Shown: positions 39,606-48,369 of the stretch, piece by piece
Layout of the letters: every line of letters starts with the position of its first letter
Position numbering within the stretch: the first letter of the stretch is position 1
Assembly: GCA_012514315.1 (NCBI GenBank)
Contig: JAAZAN010000111.1
Span: forward strand, 1,000 to 64,999
Direction: 5' to 3'
DNA: 64,000 bases
Origin: Chloroflexota bacterium
GTDB taxonomy: Bacteria > Chloroflexota > Anaerolineae > B4-G1
Notes under the pieces: model-generated
What the model was told of the DNA's origin: nothing
The model's input: the letters and a program-made list of their open reading frames with translations, nothing else
Databases searched by the model: none
Made by a program: the position numbers and the translations under genes

Positions 39606-41999
39606 CTAGTCTCGGATATTGATGGGCCCCAGCACTACCTCGGTTCTCCCATCCTCTGCCTGTAGACGTGTTGCGGCATGCTCTAAGGGGCTATCGAGCC
39701 AGTACGCCCCAGTGACTAGGTGGTAGGCGCCAGGTACAGCTTCATCGGGGACCGTCATCGTATGGCGCTGCACGAACACGTCCCCTGCCTGCCACTGATC
39801 GATGGACAGCCCAAGTCCATCGCCAACCGCGACAGGGCTGAAGTCCGCGGTGGTCAGATGCAGCATGAGCGACAAAGGCCGTTGTGGTGTAGCCAGAACG
39901 CGCCAGTAAGTCAGGACCTCGATCGGATCACCCGTTCGGGCTGTCTCGGGAGTCTCGAAACCGATGAACTCCAGCGTCTCCTCCAGGCTGGTGGTGGAGA
40001 CTGAAGGGATGATAGCTGTTGTTCCCCCCCACTCCCAGATAGCGAAGGGAGGGGATTCGGAGGCCGTGGGCTGCACGTAACTCAGATGCAGGCTCGAAAT
40101 CGGCAGTTGTCTCACCCAGTCGGGCCACCAATCCAGCCGCTCGCTGTTCACTGGCCATCGCAGCCGGTCATCCCCAGGCACTGCACGAACATACCATCCC
40201 GCTTCCGCGCCCCCTGCGGGGAAAAGCCAGCTTTGTTCGCAGTCGAAGCAGGTAAGCCGCAGTGATCGCGAGCCGAATCCCTCTGCCACAATGTCTGGCG
40301 ACAGTGGAGTGACAGGTTGGCTGCATTGAGCCACCCACTCACCGTGGGTTTCCGCCACATCGTAGAGGAGCATCACGCGCCCAATCCTGGCCTGTGGTGC
40401 GCGATGCCGAAACCAGTCATATGTGGAGGGCAGGGCGAGTGGCACCCCATCGAGTGTTGTGGCGCTGATGGCATACATTCCGGGCGCCGGATTGAAGCGG
40501 CTTGGTAACACAGGGGGAGCATCGCGCATAGGTGCGATAGGCTCGTAGTTCACATCGTAAGCGGCCGGGTCGAGGAACGTGAACATCGAGAGCTTCACGG
40601 AGTCGACGTTGTTCTCTCGTTGATACCTGGCCAGCGCTTTGAGAGTTTGCCCCCAGTCCGTATTGGAGTCGGCCAGGAATCGGTATCCTTGGTCAGCGCC
40701 ACCCGCGATGACGTTGAAGTAGGCCAGATAGTCGGGCGCGATGAGCAGCGTGCCCACAATGTAGTAGATTGCGAATGTGCAGCATACAGCGTACCATGTG
40801 TACAGGGTACGGCGTGGGTTTCCAAGGTCACGGAGAGCAGCCAATCGGGAGATGAAGACGAACAGAAAGGGAAGGATTGGTAGTAGATGGCGGTAGCCAA
40901 TGGTGATCGTGCTCGATAGGCTGAGCGCCCCGTAGATCAGTGGGAACAGGATAAGTGGCAACTCCCGACACGCCGAGCGTCGCCGTAATGCGAATGCGAC
41001 AACTGACGCTGAGCCGAGGACTAGAGTCGGGAGGGGTGTCTTGAGGATGAAGGCAATCGGGAAGTACTGCCATCGGCCGTGCATCCCATTCTGGCCCAAG
41101 AGGAAGTACTCCCGACCGTAGTCCATGTTTTCCAACAGACGCAGCCACCGCTCGATGTGACTTGCTGCCGGGAGGGGCAATGAGCCTCCGGCCACTTCAG
41201 GCAACGCCCTGAATTCGAACAGATACATCGCCCAGAGAACGAATGATGCCACAGTGACTATGCCCGCGTACGACCACATAGCTGAGAGAAGGGTTCGCGC
41301 CCGGCCCTGACGTACGCTGAACAGCGTTGTGACCACGAGGAGAAGAGCGAATGCCGGCAGCAGCAGCGCTGCAGTCAGCTTGGTCCCCAGCGCCAGGCCC
41401 ATCAGAATCGCCGTTGTCCACCAGCGGCCCGGACTGCGTTTTTCGAGGTAGCGAGCGAACGCCCAGCTTGCTGCGAAGATAAATGCTGTGGCGCCCATAT
41501 CGGTGGTGGCGAGGCTGCCGTGTGCCAGTATGTTGGGGTCGAACGCGAAGAGGACGAGTGCGAGAATCCCTGATGCCCCGCCGAATGACTGACTAGCCCA
41601 ACGGTAGACGATCGACGCGAGCATCAACGTCATCAGTATTGCGGCGATGCGGCATGCGACGATCACCCGGTCGATAGGGCGATAGGCCAAGACTGTCTCC
41701 TGAGCTACGCGGACTAAGTCGCCATGAACCCAGCCGGGTGACTGCTCTGGGGGAACAAGATCCGGTACGAGAAGAAGAGGCCATGAATGCAGCGCCTTGG
41801 CCAGTGGAACGTGCTCGTCCAGCAAGCGCATTCTGCCGGTGCGGAGGTATTCGTGGCCACTGGTGATGTGAAAGCCCTCGTCGATCGTCGCGGAAAGCTG
41901 GGTCGCGGCGCCAAGCAGTTGGGCGAACAGTACCATGATCAATCCTAATGCAGCCATTTGCTGCCAGGACCGGGTATGCCTTGAGAACCACTGCCTCAT
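39606..41999 (-). CDS. GT-C (ArnT/PMT family) glycosyltransferase, paralog group A
   Basis: ATIDEGFH, DPNILAHGSLATTD, IGYRHLLP, DSNTDWGQ. Confidence 0.88.
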   Translation of the reverse strand: MRQWFSRHTRSWQQMAALGLIMVLFAQLLGAATQLSATIDEGFHITSGHEYLRTGRMRLLDEHVPLAKALHSWPLLLVPDLVPPEQSPGWVHGDLVRVAQETVLAYRPIDRVIVACRIAAILMTLMLASIVYRWASQSFGGASGILALVLFAFDPNILAHGSLATTDMGATAFIFAASWAFARYLEKRSPGRWWTTAILMGLALGTKLTAALLLPAFALLLVVTTLFSVRQGRARTLLSAMWSYAGIVTVASFVLWAMYLFEFRALPEVAGGSLPLPAASHIERWLRLLENMDYGREYFLLGQNGMHGRWQYFPIAFILKTPLPTLVLGSASVVAFALRRRSACRELPLILFPLIYGALSLSSTITIGYRHLLPILPFLFVFISRLAALRDLGNPRRTLYTWYAVCCTFAIYYIVGTLLIAPDYLAYFNVIAGGADQGYRFLADSNTDWGQTLKALARYQRENNVDSVKLSMFTFLDPAAYDVNYEPIAPMRDAPPVLPSRFNPAPGMYAISATTLDGVPLALPSTYDWFRHRAPQARIGRVMLLYDVAETHGEWVAQCSQPVTPLSPDIVAEGFGSRSLRLTCFDCEQSWLFPAGGAEAGWYVRAVPGDDRLRWPVNSERLDWWPDWVRQLPISSLHLSYVQPTASESPPFAIWEWGGTTAIIPSVSTTSLEETLEFIGFETPETARTGDPIEVLTYWRVLATPQRPLSLMLHLTTADFSPVAVGDGLGLSIDQWQAGDVFVQRHTMTVPDEAVPGAYHLVTGAYWLDSPLEHAATRLQAEDGRTEVVLGPINIRD

Positions 42000-44368
42000 G
42001 AGGACGAGACCTCGACTCTTCCGATCAGCATCCGGTCGCCAACGACCTCGTCAAGTGCCATAATGATGGGGAGGCGCTGCACGTCCGGTAGCGTGTAGGC
42101 GCCGATCTGTAGCCAGTAGACGCCCGGTAAGGCCTCAGGGGGAATCGAGAGCTCGTGGCGCTGCGCGATGATATCACCGGACTGCAGTTGGTCGATGGAG
42201 ACTCCCAGGCCATCACCTACCGCGATAGGGACTCCATCGTGACCCACTAGATGCGCCATCAGTGAGAAGGGCTGGACCGGAGGGCGCACGACGCGCCAGT
42301 AGGTTACCAGGACCATCGAGCTATCACTCGACACGGAATCCTCCGCCCCATGGGCGCCGAGAAACTCGAGGGCGTCGCCGACGGATACTGGCCCCTCGAG
42401 GGTGACACCTTCCTGCTCGGCACGCTGTGGGACCCAGTCGGCCGGCACGGCGGTGACCGAAGCCGGCGATAGCCCTACCAAGGGATTCTGCTCGAACCAT
42501 TCATGGACCGCAAAGGGCGGAACGCTACTGGGCCGAGTCTGCTCGTAAGCTGTCCGTGCGTGCTGTAAGCGATCGGCCGTCCAGGCATTGTCCTGGAGAG
42601 GAACCACGTACCAGCCGTTTCCTTCCGGGTAGAGCCAGCTCTGAGTGCAGTCGAAATAGGCCACGCGGAGTTCGTCCTGCCCCAATCCTTCCGCCAGCAA
42701 CGCAGGAGTTAGCGGGGCCACAGGCACGGTACATTCTGCTGCCCACTGCGCCGGTGGACGCGGCTGAATCTTGTAGACGAACATCGCGTGTCCGATTCGC
42801 TCCATGGGTTCGATCTTGCGGAAGTAGTCGAACATCTCCGAGTCGGCCACCACCACGCCCTGCAACTGCGTCGTGCTGATCGCGTATATCCCCGGTGGGG
42901 GATTGAAGCGTTGTGCCAAGACCGCCGGTGCATCCGGCCAGGGGGGCAGAGGCGTGTAGTTCAGCCCATACGCGTGGGGATCGTTGATGGTGTACTGGCT
43001 CAAGCCAAACTCGGCGATATTCTGCTCGTCCAGGTACCGCCGCAATGCTTTCCATGTCTGTCCCCAATCAAGATTGGAGTCCACCAGATAGCGATATCCT
43101 CCAGCCGGGCCTCCTGCAAGCAAGTTGAAGTAGGCCAGATGCCAGGGGGACAGCGTCAAGGTAACCACGGCATAACCGCTCAACAGTGCGTAGGGTATGA
43201 TGCGGGAGGGGCCTGATGGGAGACTGGCAGACCAAGATGCAAGGCGCGATACCCACACGAAGAGGAAAGGGAGGATCGGTAGCAGGTGTCGATAGCCAAT
43301 GTTGATCCCGCTGGTCAGGCTGACGCCGAAGTAGGACAGCGGCAGGATGAGGAGCGCTATCTCCGTACGCCATCCTGGCTGTGGTAGCCATCGGAGCAAG
43401 GCGCCCGACAGCGTGAGCAGCAGTGCGAGCAATGTCAGCGTTGGTGTCTTGAGCAGAAACGCGATGGGAAAGTAGTACCACACGCCGTGGATGTAATTCT
43501 GCCCCATAAGGAAGGCTGAATGTCCCCATCCCATGTGTTCGCGGAGTCTGATCAGAGGCAGCAGGTGGCTCGGCGCTGGCACGGTGAACGGAACGCCGGG
43601 TACAGCGCCAGTCTCGAAGCGGTAGAGTGCCCACAGCACGAGAAAGGCCGTCATCCCACCGATCAACGCCTGAATCAGGTAACCTTTCAGAGGCTTTCCA
43701 GGTGGCCGTGCCAGGATTATGAGCGCCCCGAAAACAGGCAGGAGGATGAGCGAACTCGACTTGGTCGTCAGTGCGAGCCCCAGTACAGCGCCCGCCGTCA
43801 GGCAGCGCCGCCACGACGGTCCGTGGGGCTGGCTGACCCAGCGCCAGAAAGTGAACATTCCTGCGAAGAGTGCACAGGCAGCCCCCAGGTCGGTCGCTGC
43901 CACACCTGAGTGAGCCAGGATGTTAGGGTCGAAGGCGCACAGTATCAGGGCTACCAGCCCGGCCTGTGGGCCAAAGGCGTCTGTGGACCAACGGTACACC
44001 AGGGCAGCCAGCAGGATGCCCATGAGCATCGTCGGCGCCCGGGCTGCGAAGACCAGGGGCTCGATAGGTCGATAAGCAACTACGACGTGCTGAGCTACGC
44101 GGATCAGGTTGGCCTCTTGCCATCCTGGCACAGTGCGCGGATCAGCCAGACGGGGACGGGCTAGCAACAGCGGCAGGGCCTGCATCATCTTGACGAGCGG
44201 GGGGTGTTCCTCGACCAAGCGGTAATCGCCAGTGGTCAGGCAGGCATAGCCGCTCGTTATGTGGAGCGGTTCGTCCAATGTGATGGATGTCTGGCGTGCA
44301 GCCAGAGCGACCTGCGCAAACAGAGCCAGCAAGAACCCGTATGTTATCAGTCGCCGATAGCTACTCAC
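41996..44368 (-). CDS. GT-C (ArnT/PMT family) glycosyltransferase, paralog group A
   Basis: ITLDEPLH, DPNILAHSGVAATD, NIGYRHLLP, DSNLDWGQ; ATGA overlap with the downstream paralog. Confidence 0.88.
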   Translation of the reverse strand: MSSYRRLITYGFLLALFAQVALAARQTSITLDEPLHITSGYACLTTGDYRLVEEHPPLVKMMQALPLLLARPRLADPRTVPGWQEANLIRVAQHVVVAYRPIEPLVFAARAPTMLMGILLAALVYRWSTDAFGPQAGLVALILCAFDPNILAHSGVAATDLGAACALFAGMFTFWRWVSQPHGPSWRRCLTAGAVLGLALTTKSSSLILLPVFGALIILARPPGKPLKGYLIQALIGGMTAFLVLWALYRFETGAVPGVPFTVPAPSHLLPLIRLREHMGWGHSAFLMGQNYIHGVWYYFPIAFLLKTPTLTLLALLLTLSGALLRWLPQPGWRTEIALLILPLSYFGVSLTSGINIGYRHLLPILPFLFVWVSRLASWSASLPSGPSRIIPYALLSGYAVVTLTLSPWHLAYFNLLAGGPAGGYRYLVDSNLDWGQTWKALRRYLDEQNIAEFGLSQYTINDPHAYGLNYTPLPPWPDAPAVLAQRFNPPPGIYAISTTQLQGVVVADSEMFDYFRKIEPMERIGHAMFVYKIQPRPPAQWAAECTVPVAPLTPALLAEGLGQDELRVAYFDCTQSWLYPEGNGWYVVPLQDNAWTADRLQHARTAYEQTRPSSVPPFAVHEWFEQNPLVGLSPASVTAVPADWVPQRAEQEGVTLEGPVSVGDALEFLGAHGAEDSVSSDSSMVLVTYWRVVRPPVQPFSLMAHLVGHDGVPIAVGDGLGVSIDQLQSGDIIAQRHELSIPPEALPGVYWLQIGAYTLPDVQRLPIIMALDEVVGDRMLIGRVEVSSS

Positions 44369-44401
44369 GGAGGGAGAACGCCCATCGCATCGTGTACCGG
44401 C

Positions 44402-44429
44402 AGTATAGCGAGCCGGTCACAGGTGTCAA
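44402..44429 (-). promoter_or_regulatory. Sigma70-type promoter (leftward)
   Basis: TTGACA-N16-TATACT on the minus strand. Confidence 0.7.
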
Positions 44430-44449
44430 GCTCTAGTCGGATAGTCGCC

Positions 44450-44478
44450 TTGCAAAAAGGCTCTGTGCTCACTATAAT
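44450..44478 (+). promoter_or_regulatory. Sigma70-type promoter (rightward)
   Basis: TTGCAA-N17-TATAAT. Confidence 0.75.
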
Positions 44479-44611
44479 GCCTCTTTCATGGCCGGTCACT
44501 CGGACGAGCAGCGCTCATCTCGGAGCGTACGATCTGAGCTGTGTGCTTGTGGATGGTGATGGACGATCTGAAGACCGAATGTCGTGCTAATATTCTGGAG
44601 AGGTGACTGAA

Positions 44612-46111
44612 ATGAGGTTCATCCAACGATCCATCTGGCGCATGATGGGTGTGATATTACTTAGTATTGTGTTGTTGGGAGATGCAGGACTCACATTGAA
44701 GGCGAGTGAGCTATCGGGGGAGGCCGCGCCCCTCCCAGCAGGGCCTGCTCAAGGCAGCAACTTGCTGGCGAATGGGGGACTGGAACCGCCGTTCTACTGG
44801 CAGTCTCCCAATCACTATATCGCCCACGGCTGGAACCGCTGGTGGATCCACGGTACTGTCCTGCCGGAATTCGATAGCAGCCGAACTGGACGGCCGTTCA
44901 TGGAAGGCGAGTCCTCCCAGGTGTATTTCAAATGGGGCGTCAATTACACTGCCGGCGTCTATCAAGTGGTTGAGAATGTGATGCCGTGCATGCCCTACAG
45001 GCTGAGCGCGTGGGCGCGCAATGAATCGTTGTCCGGTGTCATCCCGCGCGCCCGGGTAGGTATCGATCCCCATGGGACGCGCTTGACGAGCGGGCCCAGC
45101 GAGGGGGCGGTTCTCACTCTCCCGGCCGCGACGGTCTGGTCACGAGAGCAGACGCAGATGTTCGTCTGGGAGGAACTGACGGTTCAGACCGAGCCGATGG
45201 CCAACACATTGACGGCGATACTCTATGCCTCGCCGTGGAATCCCGATGATGGGCGTGTTTTCTACTTCGACACCTTCTGGGACGCTGCCAGTCTGACGGC
45301 GCTATCGTTTCCTAACGGTCGCCTCCCGGATCCCACTTCTTGGACGCCGTCTGGGTTCATCTACAATGTGTCCGCCACACCCATATTGGACAGCATGCTC
45401 ATCACGTGGAACACGGCGCAGCCAGCATCCACCCAGGTGTGGTACACCGTCGGCAGCGCCAATGCCGCGATCAGTGGCGAAACGCAAGTATATGCTTCCG
45501 CGACCGCGTTGGATGCGACGCCGGTGACGTATCATCGTGCCATAGTCAGTGGACTGCAGACCGGCGACACGCTGCAATTCGTCGCTGCCTCCCGTCGCCC
45601 AGGCAGCGGTACTTGTGTCACCGAGGTGTCTGCCCCTCAGTTGGCGAATGCCTCACTTGCCACTGACCGTGTCCCACCACCGAGTTCCTGGGCGCCCTCT
45701 GGCGCGATTCAGAACCTGGCGACGAACCTGATCTCGGATACGCTGTTTGTGAGTTGGGAGACGCCGGGTTTCCCCTCAACCACACAGGTCTGGTATGATA
45801 TCATCACGGATACCGCGCCGTTCTCTCCTACCTCTGCGATGACCTACACTGTCTATTTTCCGATCGCTAGAGTCGACGCCGTTGATCGCAGTCGCAGCGA
45901 GTTCTCGACAGACCTGAATCTCGCGTTGGTCACTTATCATCAGGCCACTATCGGAAACTTGCAGGATGGAGATACGGTAATCCTGGTGGCCCTCTCCAGT
46001 CGCGTCGAGGGTTTTCAGGCCGTTACCGAAGTGTCGGAGTCGGTGCATGTGGAGATCGGCCGTTCGATGGAAGCCGACATGCCTTCGGCGCCGCCAGTTC
46101 TTGACGAATAG
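44612..46111 (+). CDS. Secreted protein with a CBM-like domain and two Fn3-like repeats
   Basis: Signal peptide; NLLANGGLE..GW..W, AGVYQVV..V.PC..YRLSAW, RVGIDP.G; duplicated P.P.SW.PSG.I.N...W.T...TQVWY...VTYH.A...LQ.GDT. Confidence 0.78.
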   Translation: MRFIQRSIWRMMGVILLSIVLLGDAGLTLKASELSGEAAPLPAGPAQGSNLLANGGLEPPFYWQSPNHYIAHGWNRWWIHGTVLPEFDSSRTGRPFMEGESSQVYFKWGVNYTAGVYQVVENVMPCMPYRLSAWARNESLSGVIPRARVGIDPHGTRLTSGPSEGAVLTLPAATVWSREQTQMFVWEELTVQTEPMANTLTAILYASPWNPDDGRVFYFDTFWDAASLTALSFPNGRLPDPTSWTPSGFIYNVSATPILDSMLITWNTAQPASTQVWYTVGSANAAISGETQVYASATALDATPVTYHRAIVSGLQTGDTLQFVAASRRPGSGTCVTEVSAPQLANASLATDRVPPPSSWAPSGAIQNLATNLISDTLFVSWETPGFPSTTQVWYDIITDTAPFSPTSAMTYTVYFPIARVDAVDRSRSEFSTDLNLALVTYHQATIGNLQDGDTVILVALSSRVEGFQAVTEVSESVHVEIGRSMEADMPSAPPVLDE

Positions 46112-48354
46112 TGACGCAACGTGGGCGCTTCTGTATTAGCCTGGTGATCTTCATTGGGCTGGCAGTGTGCTACAGCCTCATCACTCCAATTTTCGAGGCC
46201 CCTGATGAGGTGTGGCACTATGCGTACGTGCGGTATCTGGTGGAGCAACGTGCGCTTCCTCCACTGGATGATGCAGGGACCGGAGCCTATCAGGAGGTGG
46301 CGCAACCCCCACTGTTCTACGCTGTAGCGGGTCTGATGAGCGGCTGGGTGAGCGACGATGATCTGGTTGAGCTCATGTGGCATAACCCAGGATTCGGCTA
46401 TCACGCCAGTGGTACGGTCAGTGACAACAAGAATATGCTTGTCCACACGGATCGGGAGCGGCTTCCCGGAGCGGGCGCTGTTCTGGCTATTCGCCTGGCA
46501 CGCTGTGCGTCACTAGCCTTCGGTGTGCTCGCTGTTATCGCGGCCTGGGGATTGGGGCGAGAAGCGTTTCGCAACCAGCCGGGGCTGGCATTGGGTGTGG
46601 CGGGAGTCGTGGCCTTCACGCCGCAGTTTCTGTTCATCAGCGGTGTCGTCAGCAACGACAGCGCCGCGACAGCCCTCGCGACTTGTGCGGTGTGGGCTCT
46701 GGCGCGTGTCGTCAACCGTGGGATGAAACTGCGTCGCACACTGGTTGTCGGTGTACTGATCGGGCTGGCGGCATTGGCGAAGACCAGTAACCTGCTGCTC
46801 TGGCCGCTGGCTGGCGCGGTGCTTTGCCTGGCTGTGCGGCCACGGATCGATCGTGATCAACCTTTCCAACGACTGTGGCCTGGGCTTGGACGTGCTTTGT
46901 TGGCTCTTTCGGTTGCCGTCCTCGTCAGTGGGTGGTGGTATCTGAGAAATGCCCTTGTCTATGGCGACCCGCTCGGCGTTGGAGTGCATGTGGATACACC
47001 GTGGGGGAGACAACAACCGGCGTCGTTGCTCACACTCGTGGGCGAGCTGCCCAAGGTGTATCGTTCCTTCTGGGGGGCGTTCGGTTGGGGGCACGTTGAG
47101 TATCCAACGGTTGTCTACTGGGTTCTGGGTGGATTCATAGCGCTCAGTCTGGTAGGGTGGATTGCGGCGTGGCGTCGGGCTCAGTCGTCGGGCCAGTGCT
47201 GGGTGTTTCTCCTGTCAGTGACGTGGTGCAGCCTGGTTGTGGCGGCGCTTGCACAATGGATGCGGCAGGTCGAGGCGCCGCACGGACGGCTGCTCTTCCC
47301 GGCTATCGGGGCATGGGCAGTCCTTGTTGTGGGGGGGTGGGCGGCCCTTCCGCGGCCACGCCTCACACGCTTCATCTCAAGCCCTCTGGCACTCATTGTA
47401 GGCGCGCTGACGGTCCTCAGTCTGTTGACACCCTGGCTGGTGATACGCCCCGCCTTTGCTCACCCCCGCCTGATCACCCGGGACAAAGCCGAAGAGATGG
47501 TCGGTGTGCGCGACCTGACGTACGACGGGACAGCCCGTCTGATCGGGGTCAGGCCTGACCGGACGACGGCGCTCCCGGGGGATACGTGGATTGTGCGAGC
47601 CTGTTGGGAGGCGATAGCCCCGATGTCTGCGGACTACACCGTGCTGGTTCATCTCGTGGGACGGGATAACGTGCGCGTGGGAGAGAGACACACGTATCCT
47701 GGACTGGGTCGCTTCCCGACGTCACTGTGGCCAGTCGGCCGAGCGTTCTGCGATGAGTACCGTGTGCAGGTGGAGCCGTGGGCGCCTGTACCGGAGCTAT
47801 ACGACATTGTGATAGGGCTCTACGACGCGTCGACTGGCCAACGGTTGGTGACCCGAGATGTTCACGGTGCGAGAGTGGAGTACGCGGTTGTGGAGCAATT
47901 GCGCGTTGCTCCTGATCAGCCAGTTACCGTCTCGCCTGAGCATGCCGCAGACTACCAGTTGGGAACGGGGATCCGATTGATCGGGTACGACGTCTCCAGT
48001 GTGGTTGCAGCCGGTGACCCGCTGACCGTCACGTTGTATTGGCGGGCGGACGAACAGCCGGACGGAAGCTATACCGCCTTCGTTCATCTGCTCGATGCAG
48101 ATGGACAGCAAGTGGCCCAGCATGACAGTCTGCCCCGCTATGGGCGCTATCCGACCCAGGCCTGGCGTGTCGGGGATGTCGTACCAGATGAACACGTGCT
48201 GAGCATACCGCCGACTGCGTCCGACAATCTGCTGATGGATCGGCGCGTGCGCCTGGTGGCGGGTATGTATGATGCGGATACGCTCGAGCGTCTGCTTGCC
48301 GCTGACTCCGACGGACCGCTGACCGACAATCTGATCCGACTGACCTATCCTTGA
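46111..48354 (+). CDS. GT-C glycosyltransferase (DUF2142/ArnT-like) with two Ig-like domains
   Basis: PIFEAPDEVWH, QPPLFY, VSND, GWWYLRN..YGDP, GRLLFP. Confidence 0.87.
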   Translation: MTQRGRFCISLVIFIGLAVCYSLITPIFEAPDEVWHYAYVRYLVEQRALPPLDDAGTGAYQEVAQPPLFYAVAGLMSGWVSDDDLVELMWHNPGFGYHASGTVSDNKNMLVHTDRERLPGAGAVLAIRLARCASLAFGVLAVIAAWGLGREAFRNQPGLALGVAGVVAFTPQFLFISGVVSNDSAATALATCAVWALARVVNRGMKLRRTLVVGVLIGLAALAKTSNLLLWPLAGAVLCLAVRPRIDRDQPFQRLWPGLGRALLALSVAVLVSGWWYLRNALVYGDPLGVGVHVDTPWGRQQPASLLTLVGELPKVYRSFWGAFGWGHVEYPTVVYWVLGGFIALSLVGWIAAWRRAQSSGQCWVFLLSVTWCSLVVAALAQWMRQVEAPHGRLLFPAIGAWAVLVVGGWAALPRPRLTRFISSPLALIVGALTVLSLLTPWLVIRPAFAHPRLITRDKAEEMVGVRDLTYDGTARLIGVRPDRTTALPGDTWIVRACWEAIAPMSADYTVLVHLVGRDNVRVGERHTYPGLGRFPTSLWPVGRAFCDEYRVQVEPWAPVPELYDIVIGLYDASTGQRLVTRDVHGARVEYAVVEQLRVAPDQPVTVSPEHAADYQLGTGIRLIGYDVSSVVAAGDPLTVTLYWRADEQPDGSYTAFVHLLDADGQQVAQHDSLPRYGRYPTQAWRVGDVVPDEHVLSIPPTASDNLLMDRRVRLVAGMYDADTLERLLAADSDGPLTDNLIRLTYP

Positions 48355-48369
48355 TGATGAGTTCTGAGA

